NCBI GenBank assembly: GCA_030704615.1 | Contig: CM060733.1 | Span: forward strand, 69,006,001 to 69,070,000 | From: Takakia lepidozioides | Taxonomy: Eukaryota > Plantae > Bryophyta | Reading direction: 5' to 3' | Length of the DNA: 64,000 bases | In this document: positions 52,000-64,000 of the stretch, piece by piece | Layout: every line of letters begins with the position of its first letter | Numbering within the stretch: the stretch's first letter is position 1 | Program-made: the position numbers and the translations under genes | The notes under the pieces: generated by a model | Seen by the model: only the letters and a program-made list of their open reading frames with translations | The model's database searches: none | What the model was told of the DNA's origin: nothing

Positions 52000-52563
52000 A
52001 TGCCGTGCTTCCGGAACCGAGATGACTGCCCATTTGGAGGCATCGATTATGCAATGTATTCGGCCACATTGGGAGACATTGTTATCTGGTACACAGATTA
52101 CAGAGAAGATACTGGTTTGATTGTGGAAACATTGGTGGCTTTTGAGTATATCCTAGGCCACTACGCCTTCGAGCGGGGTGACGATCTTGGTCTGAGGAGT
52201 CCGTGGCTCCTGCGCATCCTCGATTCCAATTTTCCCAGCTACGACGGTCACCCATGTAGAAGAAGGCGCACTGCTATGCTGTTGCGGTGGAACTGCTGCC
52301 ACTGGACGTGGGTGGACTCCATCGGAGAGACCTATTCTCCTGAAGGAGTGCGCTCCTCTTCTCCATTGTATGGGGACATTCGCATTGGTGTGGACGACGA
52401 AAACGTGAAGATTTCCATATTCGATGGTGGTATGATTGAAGGGCAGGACATTGTGGTGAACATCACTAGGGGCGGTACAACGGCTGCAATCGACTTTACA
52501 TGGAGGAGCCCCATGACTCATGAGCTAGTTCTGAGAGCAGTCGAAGTCCCATTGACAACGTGA
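52000..52563 (+). CDS. 'WNCCxWT' family protein, type 2 (187 aa)
   Basis: MPCFRNRDDCPF...GDIVIW...AFEYI...RWNCCHWT; open frame. Confidence 0.7.
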   Translation: MPCFRNRDDCPFGGIDYAMYSATLGDIVIWYTDYREDTGLIVETLVAFEYILGHYAFERGDDLGLRSPWLLRILDSNFPSYDGHPCRRRRTAMLLRWNCCHWTWVDSIGETYSPEGVRSSSPLYGDIRIGVDDENVKISIFDGGMIEGQDIVVNITRGGTTAAIDFTWRSPMTHELVLRAVEVPLTT

Positions 52564-53213
52564 CTTGTATTCAGTAGGCACAGGGCTAAAGATTTGATTG
52601 CACAATCAACACAGTAGACGTGCTTCAAATGCAATTCATGTGGATCAATAAAAACCTCATTGTGCCCTCTTTTTATTCTATTCTGTGTCCATCGTTCCCA
52701 GAATGCGTCATTGCTCATTTCGTTTGGGATTGGGAGTGTGGGTGGATTTTGCAAGTGGCTGGTAGGCTGAAATGGGCCCCCATTGTACAGAGCAGTACCA
52801 CCCTGCCATTCGCGAAACATTGCCTTTCAATATATAATTCTAAATAACATTGCCGACCCTCCTTCATCGGGAGGTCCTTCTCCCCCTATGACCGTGGCAC
52901 CCTAAACCCTATTCCTGCGGACACTCATTTCCGGAAAATAGTGTTGCTCATGTTTTTTTCCACACTTCCGACTCTGCTCATGGCTCATGCCGCTCATGGC
53001 TCATGAAATAGCAGCCCCCATTCATATGGACAGACACATTGTAGAAATGAGACCACAAATTGTAAACAGTGGGCCAATTACGGCAGTTCTTGAACACAAT
53101 GAAACACAAGCACACAGAAGTGAGGTACGATGGGTTGTTTTATTGATCGAACACGGTGTCTCACATTTAGCAACTCCAGACAAATCTAAGCCTTTCCTCC
53201 TTCTACATGGGCG

Positions 53214-53792
53214 TCACCAAGTCGACAAAACTTCGATAGCCCTCAAAACAAGCTCATTATTGATGCGGCACCTCGAGGTAATCTGCAATGCGGTCGATCT
53301 GGTGCCCTTGGTGGAGCTGACAACAATGTCATGCCCATCAATCACACCACCATCATACATTGACAAGGTCACTGTGGGCCTCATGTGCCCGTGCGATTCG
53401 TCTTCGCAACTCAGCCGAATGTCTCCATACACTGGAAGAGCGGAGTGAACTCCACGAATATAGTTTTCCCCGGTGCCATCCTCCCTGGTCCACTGGCAGC
53501 AGTTTCAGCGCCAAAGCGAGGCCGTGCGTGATCTGTCCGGCATCCCAACCCACCTTGGTATATCGAGGTCAACAATTTTCAGGACCCACGGACCGCATTG
53601 ACCCTCGCCCTCACCTCGCTCAAAGCGGTAATAGCCCTCCAAATACTCCATTGCGCGCAAAGACTCCCGCTTGATTCCAAAAGCGTCTGTGAAAACAGAG
53701 AGCCAGACAATGATGTCTCCTGATTCTGGTTTGAACATAGCATAATCGTGGCCATGATAAGGGCAGTCTGCAGGATTTCGACGGCACGACAT
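53214..53792 (-). pseudogene. 'WNCCxWT' type 1 copy with in-frame nonsense codon
   Basis: Same length as 50865-51443; TGG>TGA at the W of WNCC (~53505). Confidence 0.75.
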
Positions 53793-54349
53793 CCTTGAAA
53801 AAAGAGTAGCGGAGTACGCTCAATGACAGCAGCTCCCGAATGGAGGAGGCAGTAGCACAGTGGCTGGAAGAAGTTCAAGCAAACGCTGCAATTCCTCACA
53901 AACACTCCAGGGCACATTTAAATTTCCCCCCTACAAGAACCTGCACGGATGAAGATTGGCTGCTCCATCAATGTAGCCATTTCAGTTTTCTTCCCTGCCA
54001 TGCAAACTATGGGCAGTAAGTGCCAGGTGGGCCTATAGCTACTCAAGACGACAAAGTCCATCCCCCCTTCGATGTAAATGCGGCGCCGAATTTCCATCCG
54101 GGGGATGGACTTCGGTGGCAGATTTCAAACTATACCCCGTGGATGAGAAAGAGGTATCGGTTCATCCACCGCTGGCGTGATGAACACGTTACACGATGAT
54201 TGGTGGGTACGTGGGACCCAGATGCTCCATTATTGGAGCCCGCACTGCTCTTCCGCTTCTCATCATTTCAAAAATCTAAGGGCTTCGTTGTTGTCCGCAA
54301 GGTCATTGTCATCGGCATCAAGGACGTCCTCAGGTCCTCCTTTGCAAGG

Positions 54350-54913
54350 ATGCCGTGCTTCCGGAACCAGGACGACTGCCCTTATGGAGGCTTCGATTAT
54401 GCAATGTATTCGGCCACATTGGGAGACATCGTTATCTGGTACACAGATTACACAGAAGATACTGGTTCGAATGTGGAAACATTGTTCGCTTTTGAGTATA
54501 TCCCAGGCCACTACGCCTTCGAGCGGGGTGACGATCTTGGTCTGAGGAGTCCGTGGCTCCTGCGCATCCTTGATTCCGATTTTCCCAGCTATGACGGGCA
54601 CCCATGCAGAGGAATGCGCACTGCTATGTTGTTGCGGTGGAACTGCTGCCAGTGGACGTGGGTGGACTCCATCGGAGCGACGTATACTCCTGAAGGAGTG
54701 CGCTCCTCTTCTCCATTGTATGGGGACATTCGCATTGGTGTGGACGACGAAAACGTGAAGCTTTCCATATTCGATGGTGGTATGATTGAAGGGCACGACA
54801 TTGTGGTGAACATCAACAAGGGCGGTACAACGGCTGCAATCCAGTTTACCTGGAGGAGCCCGATGACTCATGAGCTAGTTCTCAGAGCAGTCGAAGTCCC
54901 ATTGACAACGTGA
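54350..54913 (+). CDS. 'WNCCxWT' family protein, type 2, second copy (187 aa)
   Basis: MPCFRNQDDCPY...RWNCCQWT; open frame. Confidence 0.7.
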   Translation: MPCFRNQDDCPYGGFDYAMYSATLGDIVIWYTDYTEDTGSNVETLFAFEYIPGHYAFERGDDLGLRSPWLLRILDSDFPSYDGHPCRGMRTAMLLRWNCCQWTWVDSIGATYTPEGVRSSSPLYGDIRIGVDDENVKLSIFDGGMIEGHDIVVNINKGGTTAAIQFTWRSPMTHELVLRAVEVPLTT

Positions 54914-55360
54914 CTTGTATTCAGAAGGCACAGGGCTAAAGATTTGTTTGCACAATCAGCACAGTAGATGTGCTTCAAATGCAATTCATGTGGATCAATA
55001 AAAACCCCATTGTGCCCTCTTTTTGTTCTATTCTGTATCCATCGTTCCCAGAATGCATCATTCCTCATTTCGTTTGGGATTGGGAGTGTGGGTGGATTTT
55101 GCAAGTGGCTGGTAGGCTGAAATGGGCCCCCATTGTACAGAGCAGTACCACCCTACCATTCGCGAAACATTGCCTTTCAATATATAATTCTAAAAAACAT
55201 TGCCGAACCTCCTTCATCGGGAGGTCCTTCTCCCACTATGACCGTGACACCCTAAACCCTATTCCCGCGGACACTCATTTCCGGAAAATAGTCCTGCTCA
55301 TGTTTTTTTCGACACTTACGACTCTGCTCATGGCTCATGGCTCATGAAATAGCAGCCCCC

Positions 55361-55593
55361 GCACCAGTCTATAGATTGCTGAAGCAAGATGTCGAATATC
55401 GATGGTCTCCAGCTTGCCAGGAATCATTTGATTCACTAAAAAAGGCACTCACAGCAGCACCAATTCTGATAAATCCAAGATGGGATTACCATTTCATGTA
55501 CACAGTGATGCATCAGGCATTGCTTTGGGAGCGGTTCTAGCTCAGAATGTGACAGGCACAATAGATTCACCCATCTATTATGCAAGCAGATTG
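55361..55593 (+). pseudogene. Gypsy RT-RNase H connection fragment between two MULE ends
   Basis: APVYRLLKQDVEYRWSPACQESFDSLK...HSDASGIALGAVLAQ...YYASRL. Confidence 0.85.
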
Positions 55594-58500
55594 GAGGTTA
55601 GCTATTTCATGAGCATGAGCGGCATGAGCGGAGTAGCAAGACAATCGGTTTTCATGAGCAGAAGTACAAATTTCAAAAATAAAAAACATTATAAAACATT
55701 AATTTAATGCAATGTGTCAGAAAAAACAAATATATTATTCGGCACCTTGAAGGGAAAATTGTAGTTTTGAGAGTTGTGCTCATGATATTTTGTATTGTAG
55801 AAGGAACCCTCTCCAGCTTGACTACCACTCTCCCTCTAAGCGCGAAAAGTAGAAAAACGAAGTAACTCCCGATTTCTTGCAGGATTGCGTGCGTTGTTGC
55901 TTGTCTCTAGAAGCATCGGATTCCATGCCAATTCCCAGCGACATGTGCAAAAATGGCGCCGAATTTTGCGGTAATAGGGTCCGTCACCGGAAAAAACCGC
56001 GACGTATTTCGCGGTAATAGTTCTCTGGCGAAAAATGGTGCCGAATTCTGCGGCTATAGGTCCCCTCATGACAGGTGTGTAAGCCCAAAATTTGGAAATG
56101 TGGCGCCGAATTTCGGTACATGGTGTCGGGGATTGCACAGATGTTGGGCAGTTCTGGGCCATGTAACTGGAAATTCGGCGCCATTTTTCCAAACATCGTT
56201 CCCATGCATGTTCGGACTTAGCCAGTTTTCGGCCCAAAATAGGGAAATTTGGCGCCATTTTTCCAGACATAGGGGTACCGGTGCATGTTGGGACTTAGTC
56301 AGTTTTCGGCCCAAAATAGAGAAATTCGGCGCCATTTTTCCAGAAATGGCCCCACAACTGCTTCTGTTGGATCTCAGTTTGAATGGAATATTGCCTCATT
56401 CCAGGAGTTTTGGGGTACATTTCATTACACTGCAAAAAAAAGTCTAATACATGAAAATGCAATTGAAAATATCCATATGGAGGATTCCCTTTGCCCCATC
56501 AATGATTTCTGGAATCCCTAAGGAGGAGTTTGTGCAGCTCGTTCACGCTCAACGCGGGTGCATGAATAAAGTCATCAATAGTCACGTTCATCCTCAACCT
56601 CTTCAGGTAAATGTAATACAGATGCTTGCACGGATAATACTTTGAACCCTTCTTTGCTTCCATCAACGAGAAGTCCGTACAATTGCAAGTCGGCTCCACT
56701 CCAATCGTAATTGTGTATACATCGTCGCGTACAGCCGAGCCGGCCGTTGCCATCCGATAAACACGCCCAAGGCCGGGTGGAGGTGGCAATCCGAGTCTCA
56801 TTCAACTTGTTAGGAGGGTGTCGTCTCTTCACTCTTCCGAATCGCATCGTGGGATGTGCAAAATTGTCCAATCCGTCTCTACTGGACCGAGCAGTCTGCA
56901 ATGGCTGGGTCTGAGGAACTGGAAATGCGTGGGTCGGGACGTCCGTGCGTTGCACCATTCAAAATCCTGCTGCAGATAGAGCATCCGCCTCATTCTGAGA
57001 GAAACTGCAACCCGGCGCAACAGGCCAGACGCCCGGAGGCTCCGTCATTCCCTGAATCCCGTACTTGGGCTTGCCAAATACACAGGTCATTATGTCGTGC
57101 CTACAGAACCAAAATGTCTGCGTTGTGGCGTGAGCAAATGTGGGAGTCAAAAATCTGCCGCTGAAACAAGGTGCAGGTACAGCACCGTGTGGGTTCCTCC
57201 AAATCATCTCACCACAGCGTGCTCTCGTATCCACCCGGATGGCGCAACACTTCCCTCGAAATGCCGACAATGTCCTTGCAATTCTCCATTGTGACTCCGA
57301 CACTCTTGTCTCCACAATGGGAATGTTGTACTGTTTTACTACAGATGGCTCGTTATGTTGCCCGGGCACGTGCCCTGTGCTCAAAAGAGATGGCGATCTT
57401 GAACGTGCAGGACTTGCGGTGCTCGACGAGACCTCCTCGGGCAACATCACAGGACCACGAGGGAGCGTGCAAATATTCTTGTCAGCTTGCCATGAATCCT
57501 CTTCCCCGCCAGGTGCCTCGTCAAGTCTTCGTCTCACTGGACGGGTATGAACATCTCCTTCCAAATGTTGGCCTCTTCGAAGCAATGGCGTGTCCCGAAG
57601 GCCCTCTCGCAAGGCCGCCGCCCACTTCCGAGGATTCTTCGATCTAGAGGCAGTCCGCATCAGCATTTCCTGCCTGTCCGGCCCCAATCCCCACTGTTTC
57701 CCTTTCAAGAACTCGTTGTACCTGCATTGCTGCATAATTGACCTCACAATGTCCTCCGTTGTGGCAGTGAGGATGTCCACCAGATGCGCCGCAGAGGAGG
57801 CACGCCAGGAAGAATGCACTGATTCGGCCATGTTTGTCGTGGGCATGTCGGTGTCGGAGTCGAGACACATTTCCTGCACAAGCACATGTTGAGGTTACAA
57901 GCAAGTTACAAATAATGCCAAGAATAATATTCAACGGGACGCGAATTCGTGCATATAGTCGCCGAACTGGAGGAAACGATAATGCCACCATGCTAGCCAA
58001 CTGACCATTACTCCCTTGTCTGATTCCTTACAGCACCTGACGATGTCCACCAAGCCCGTATACATGCAAACTGTGTCTCTGCATCATCCAAGGTGGGAGC
58101 GCGCTTCCACGCAAGACACATGGAACGGTGCTTCTCTCTGAAATCTGGCGCCACGAGCCTGGTTGTGTACTACGAAAGGCTCTGCAGAAAATGGAACCCA
58201 CAAGATCTCTCCATGCCTTCCATGGGAACATTGGGGTCTTGCCCGTACACCCTTCGGATGGCAGCCCAATTTGCTTGTGCGTTGTCCGCCATGAAACCAC
58301 GGAAATTGGGAGGGGGCAATCCCGCCTTGGCCATCTGTTCGTTTATTCCCTGCCAAAGAAGCATCTCCGATTGTGTGTCCTCTCATTTCATCTCACAAAT
58401 AGCAATTGTCATTAGCATCCTGCAGTGGGTGTCGTAGACATGTGCACCCATTGTCACCCACTGGTGATTTGTAATTCGCTTGATATGGTCGAACATGACC

Positions 58501-58965
58501 CAACTGTTTGACAAGTCCCCACTCTCTGTCGACTAGTTGGACGCCGCTGCCAGGTCCACACGTGGACATTTTGAATACGAAACAACGATCTGCCTCAGTC
58601 CCTTGTCCTGGAAACCTACTTCCATGAATGTAGTCATATCCACATCGTCGCTTCACCTCCAGAATGGAGTGCATATCCGAGCCACGCCCAATTTTCTGTT
58701 TGCATGAGACAATGTGGTTTCGGACATTCGGTGAACAGACGTGGGACACCGACTCCAGCAATGCCTCCATTTCCTTGTCATCGAGAGGAACTCTATCGGA
58801 GCCGTCTTCCGACATAATTCTGGCCAATGCCATCTTATGGGCGGCTTGGAGCTGTATCTGTTTGGGTTTGGCACTCGGTCTCAACTTAACCTCCTCCTGA
58901 ACGAGCTGCTCTGCCTCGTGGGCAGCCTCCCGCGAGTTCCCCCTCGTCAATTTGTGACAATGGGA
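55594..58965 (-). mobile_element. Mutator-like element copy C (left TIR + transposase, truncated)
   Basis: GAGGTTAGCTATTTCATGAGC at 55594, near-identical to 17823; 58125-58965 near-identical to 18400-19230. Confidence 0.88.
56499..58965 (-). pseudogene. Mutator-like transposase (DDE + SWIM), 5'-truncated, frameshifted
   Basis: FMADN, CGFHF, PTTNMAESVHSSW, PTCNCTDF...PCKHLYYIY; intron near 57875-57940. Confidence 0.9.
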
Positions 58966-59022
58966 TATAGAAATACAATAGAACCTAGTGAAAAACCAAA
59001 CAAAAATATAGATTGCATCATA

Positions 59023-59200
59023 CACTACAACAAATTGCGGCTTTTACGTCTCTGTGTTATGACTGCAAATGCAGTCATGAAAGCCATTTACGACTTCCTG
59101 ACTCTGCAGACGTAAAGACCTAGTCAGTTGTGACATGGCAGATATGACTCTCCAGGCTGGCTGTCACGTGGCGCCAACACAACTGGTGGGAGTGGCATCC
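59023..59200 (+). mobile_element. CACTA left terminus (same family as 15093/43371)
   Basis: CACTACAACAAATTGCGGCTTTTACGTC followed by CAGTTGTGAC subterminal motifs. Confidence 0.8.
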
Positions 59201-59467
59201 ATTCTTCCCATGAGTGGGAATGTCACAAGCCCACTTGCAGTTGACCTACCCTGTTGCTCAGCCAAATGTGGCAACACCTGCTCTCCCCATGGGCACGGTG
59301 GCATCACATCCGTCAGCTTCTACTGCTGTAAGATCAGCCAGCAATAATAATATGAATTGTAATTCCGCATCTAATATTGGATATGTGCATGGTAATACTG
59401 CTGCTATGGTTCTTTGTTGCCCTGCTCATGGGTCTGTCCTCCCTGGTCACATTAACCATAGCTTGCC

Positions 59468-59896
59468 TTGTCATCTGATCCCTCAGCTAACTACTTACCC
59501 AGAATATACCATGGGAGAAGATTTGATAGATATCTTCAGATGTTTGAGGTAATTGTTGGTGTCAATGGAGTGCCTGAGAATTTCAAAATGGCGATTTTTA
59601 GGATGAGCATAAAGGGGCCAGCTCATGACTTACTACATGCGGCTGTCATGGATGATCCCAACCTCAACTGGGCAACTCTGGTGGAATGGGCAAAGACCTT
59701 GTTCAAACCTCCTGAGAGGCCTCTAGATTGTTTTGCCAAGTTTTCTGCTAGGACTTATCAACCTGGGAAATCCTTGTGGAAGTATTACATGGATCTTAAA
59801 TTTGCTGCTGTTGAAAATATCATAGACCCTGCAGAGAGAGATCGTATGGTTAAAAGGTATTTTCTCCTTGGGTTGCCTTCCACTGTTCAGAATTAG
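59468..59896 (+). pseudogene. Retrotransposon gag fragment
   Basis: FDRYLQMFE, IKGPAHDLL, WATLVEW, QPGKSLWKYY, YFLLGLP. Confidence 0.7.
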
Positions 59897-60104
59897 GCTC
59901 AGCGACATCATTTTGTCAATGACAAGACTATGTTAGCAGAAATTAATCTTAAAATGGCAGACTTGGCTGACAGCAAATCAATGCAACGTCATGCCAAGTT
60001 TCAAGCTCCAATGGGCTTAGAGCTTGGCATGCCTGCAACATCTTCATTGACTACACTGTCCGTTCAGTCATTCAGTAAAGCCAGCGTGTATGACTACCCC
60101 CACA

Positions 60105-60890
60105 GCTGCTAGAGAAGTGTTCCACCATCACCAACACATACTTGTTATGGCGAATCATTAGTGGCAATGGGCTTGCAAAGTCAAGACTCCAACGATAGCC
60201 CAAACCCATGATGGGTAAATGATGCAATTGTGGAGTAGGGGCGTTGAAAAAAGTCCGCACTCTATCACACATCATACACCTTGCCGCTAACTGCTGCACA
60301 TCCGTGTGCATGCCCCACCACCAGTACTGTCTTTGCAGCAAACTGTGAGTGCGTCGCACCCCAAAATGTCTCAACTCCTCATGGGCATGGCGTACCAATC
60401 ACGTTCGTTGTGTTGGATGAGGCACAATCCTCACACGTTCATCCTCCCATACTCGGAGTATGCGAGTCCCCTCTCACTTGAACCTCTTGGCTCGTTGTAG
60501 GATCCGATCTCTCTCCTTAGCAGTCACACTGGCTGCTGTTTCTCCGGTACGAAGGTAGGCCAACACTGCTGCATCTTCATGCACATCCTTAGCACCACCA
60601 AGCTCCTCACTGATCTCCGGATTGTCATGCACAATATCTACATGACCAATCGCATGCGATGGACCAGTTTGAGCTCTCATTGCTATAATGCACAAAAAGA
60701 CAGATACGTGTCATCCTGGCACCATCTCCTCATCCGTCTCACCATGCCACCAAGCTCTAGTATCATCGTGCTCGCTCGTGCATGGATTACAACTCAATCC
60801 ATCTGCATCCCGATTGATTATACCAGCTCGATGCACCACCTGGAAGTCGTACTCTTGAAGCATAATTGCCCATCGTTATTGAGCTAGGTT
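60105..60890 (-). pseudogene. Gypsy RNase H end + integrase fragment
   Basis: RWAIMLQEYDFQVVHRAG..ADGLS; HEELRHFG..YWW..CMMCDR; WSLDFASP, VMVEHFS. Confidence 0.88.
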
Positions 60891-61720
60891 GTAAGTTCTT
60901 TTGGCCAAAGAGGATTTGGTTTTAGGTGGTATGTTTTTGGCGGTTTTGGGTCTCTATGGACATGGTGGCCTTGAAGGGTATGGCGGCAGCCTGATAAGGC
61001 ACCGACCTGCTCCTTTTTAGGCCTGTTTCTGTTGAGTAGTGGATCACAGTGAGGTGTTCTTTGCATGCTTTAGCATGGAACTCTTGAAGGATGAGGATGG
61101 TAAGCTGCAATGGGATCCTACCTATAGTTTCGGCTTTGTCATGACATCAGGCCTATGACCTGCAATCTGGTTTTTTATATGCAAAAGAGGTTGGATCTCG
61201 GTTGTTCAAGCTGCTTGTATGTACAAATCTTGAACCTGCAATTTGACAGGCTGAGTTCACATTCCCTTGACACCTTGTATGATCACATGTCTCGGGGTGA
61301 ATATAAATGATATGGAATTTATTTCATCATGCCCAAGTAGGACTGCTTGGTGGCATATTGTGATTCTGACAAATTGCAGGCTGGTCCTTATGCCTTGGCT
61401 GATGCATGACCTACCATAATTAATGGCTGAAAAGGTAAGATGCTGCAACCTGTGGGTCATATCCAAGATGTATGTGTGAAAACGTGTCTTGAAATGGTAA
61501 TAGGGCAGGCTGGACCATGGTACCTTGCCCTTTGCATGACCTCAGCATTTTTATGCTCCTTCAATACATGACCTGCTGGTAAGGTATGTGTGCAGGCTGA
61601 ACCAAGAGGCCTTGCAACCTGCACAGGGGCAACAATATCTTATCTTGCCCCACACATGAACATATATTCATTGGCCAAGATGGCCGGATCTTGGGTGTTC
61701 AAGATGCTTGCATTCCCTAC

Positions 61721-62964
61721 ATGAACAAACCCGCCCTCCCACCCTGTTTTATCATGATTGATTGGGTGATGTCATTTCATGGGAAGCTATGACAAGAATG
61801 GAGATGTTAGATGGTGCCCTGTTTTGGGTTGTTTATGTCTTTAATTGACAATGACCCTAGTGGGTCTTGTCCATGTCTTGATATGACATGAATATCTTCC
61901 CTCTCTTTCGTGCTGCTCACCAAAAAAAAAAAACCACAGAGGGAAAGAGGGGGTAGAAAAAAGTTAATAAGAGAGAGGGAGAGAGTGGGAGAGTCAAGGT
62001 CAAGTTCGCAAGGTCAAGTTCTCACCTTGGTCACAAAGTTTATAGTAAAAGGTCCGTAGAGGCCATGCAAGGGCAATTGGCTCTTTTTTGAACCTTTGGA
62101 AGCTGTCTTTGGCATCCTGTGCACATTGGTTTCGTTCGATTGGTGTTATGTTGCCCCATCAAAAAAGTCTTTTACAGCCTCCTTCTCTTCATCCGGTACG
62201 TCCATAAAACCCAAAATTGGGTGATTGCTCACTGTGGGTACAAATTCCTTTTCAACAGTGGTCGAGGACTTCTGGGTGGACACAAGTAAGGCATCTTCAT
62301 TGTTATCCAGCCGAAGGGCATCCTCAATTGAGGAGCCTCTCTTTTCCCAAGCAGCAATCTCAGTAGCATCATCCTCCAATACTTCCAGTAACCTAGAGTG
62401 GTATTTCTGGAGTTTTTCCAGCCACATCCCATTCTTGTTTACCATAATGCCAAGAGCAACCCAGTCCTCCAAAGCTAGTGTTTCAAGTAATAAGACAGGT
62501 CGGTTATCACCGGCATCTTCAATAGCTTCAGATTCCAGCTTTTGTACAACAGCATGAAATTCACCTGATTTGACTTGTGCAAATGTGGCTTGCACTGCTG
62601 GAATAGGAGGGGGCAAGGGCAGCTGATATCCAAGGGCCTTAAGCTCATCTTTCCACTCAGATATGGCCTTGCTGCCAGGCCATCCAAGCAACTTGTTAGT
62701 ACGTCACAATGGTGAGGCAATAACAAGAAATGAAGACGAGATAGTGTGTACAAAAACCACTAAGTACATTGGAACAGGAAGAGTGGGAAGATATTCATGT
62801 CATGTCAAGACATGGACAAGACCAACTAGGGTCATTGTCAATTAAAGACATAAACAGCCCCATGACAGGGCACCATCTAACATTTCCAGTCTTGTCATAA
62901 CACACCAAGTGACGCCACCCATTCAGTCATGATAAAACAGGGTGGGAGGGCGGGGTATGTTCAT
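61721..62964. repeat. ~180-bp inverted repeat pair enclosing an orphan ORF
   Basis: 61721-61901 is the approximate reverse complement of 62785-62964. Confidence 0.85.
62146..62691 (-). CDS. Hypothetical protein or captured exon (181 aa, no ATG start)
   Basis: Uninterrupted ORF with protein-like composition; no recognisable motif. Confidence 0.35.
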   Translation of the reverse strand: MLGWPGSKAISEWKDELKALGYQLPLPPPIPAVQATFAQVKSGEFHAVVQKLESEAIEDAGDNRPVLLLETLALEDWVALGIMVNKNGMWLEKLQKYHSRLLEVLEDDATEIAAWEKRGSSIEDALRLDNNEDALLVSTQKSSTTVEKEFVPTVSNHPILGFMDVPDEEKEAVKDFFDGAT

Positions 62965-64000
62965 AATCAGATTCTTGTCATGTACCCAAGTGACCCTCTT
63001 GCACAATATAAGTCAGATTGCAGCCTCAGATTATCCATAAGATATGCACCATGCAAGATATCATGGGCATATAAGAACATCTTGCCACATTACAAATCCA
63101 AGATATGTATACACAAGTACCTTGAGGTGATCCAAGACAAGCATTATGCAAAGTAGGTAAGAACAGCCTGCCCTACAACACATTCAGGGAGTGTTCACAT
63201 CGGCAGCAGGAAGGACCAGCCTGCAATTAATTATACTTCGGGCCTGCCACCAAGTACACTTCTTGGGCATGACAAGACATATTGCAGCTTCACATTTGGC
63301 CAAATGTAAGCACCCCAAAGCATGCATCGTGCAAGGCCTTCTGGATATGTAAGAACAACCTGTCATTGTACATATTCAGGACTTGTGCACATAGGACTCT
63401 TGTTGGCCGAGCCTGCAGTAAATCAGACTCCAAACATGCAACCAAGTGAACACTTTGGGCATGACAAGACTGACTGCGACTTCATTCTACATCATGTACA
63501 GTTGCCCCAAGATATGCATCATGTAAGGCATTTTGGCATGGAAGAAAGGCCTGCCCTGTCACAGCATCCAGATATGGACACACATACAATTTGAGTGCCC
63601 AAGACCAAGTCCTCTTGGCCAAGATAAATCATACAATGCAGGTGGCTGTTCATATGGCAAAATAAAGTAACTAATCACTGGCCAGAGTCCTTTAGAGCTT
63701 ACCGTCACTGTTTCACAGAAGGCTAATGCCATGTTTTGCAAATAGAACCTCACTATGCTTCCACAACAAATCCAGGTCTAAAAACGGCCTGTCATTGCCT
63801 TATCAAGCTGTCTTCTTTAACAAAAACCAGACCTCCTCATCCTTAGAGCCAAACAGCCACTGATGACTTTACCCTTACACCATCAATCCTCTTTTAAGGT
63901 CAAAAAAAAGGAACCTAGTCTAAAAATCCACAGGCAAAGCTGTCAAAGATTCAAAACATGGTAGGATTCACATGTTGTATTGCATGAGACAAAGCTGCCA

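Larger units (their letters stand above)
50675..55360 (+). repeat. Direct duplication of the 2.34-kb right end of the Mutator-like element, each copy ending in the TIR
   Basis: 50675-53019 and 53020-55360, both ending CTCATGAAATAGCAGCCCCC. Confidence 0.9.

Overview
TE-dense, intron-containing plant nuclear DNA. PLS/DYW-type PPR fragments point to a land plant; the lineage cannot be determined from the sequence. No intact ordinary host gene is present. Reconstructed layers: (1) a decayed Ty3/Gypsy element on the minus strand (1-~10.6 kb) with extra ORFs after integrase; (2) a second LTR retrotransposon (+; tRNA-Met PBS at 14616) split by a 28.3-kb CACTA-ended element (15093-43371, ACA TSD) that carries PPR-DYW fragments, intron-containing bacterial-type dnaE fragments and nested TEs; (3) several copies of an unusual Mutator-like family (short TIRs, 9-bp TSD, GCM-like/DDE/SWIM transposase). 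This family also carries a multi-exon ParB/Srx-like + beta-class amino (N4C/N6A) DNA-methyltransferase-like gene, a family of small 'WNCCxWT' genes and dense arrays of a 22-30-bp palindrome, and it is the main candidate for an undescribed system. Also present: a SINE, a MITE, Gypsy fragments and an inverted-repeat-flanked orphan ORF. All domain calls are by motif recognition only, and many boundaries are approximate.
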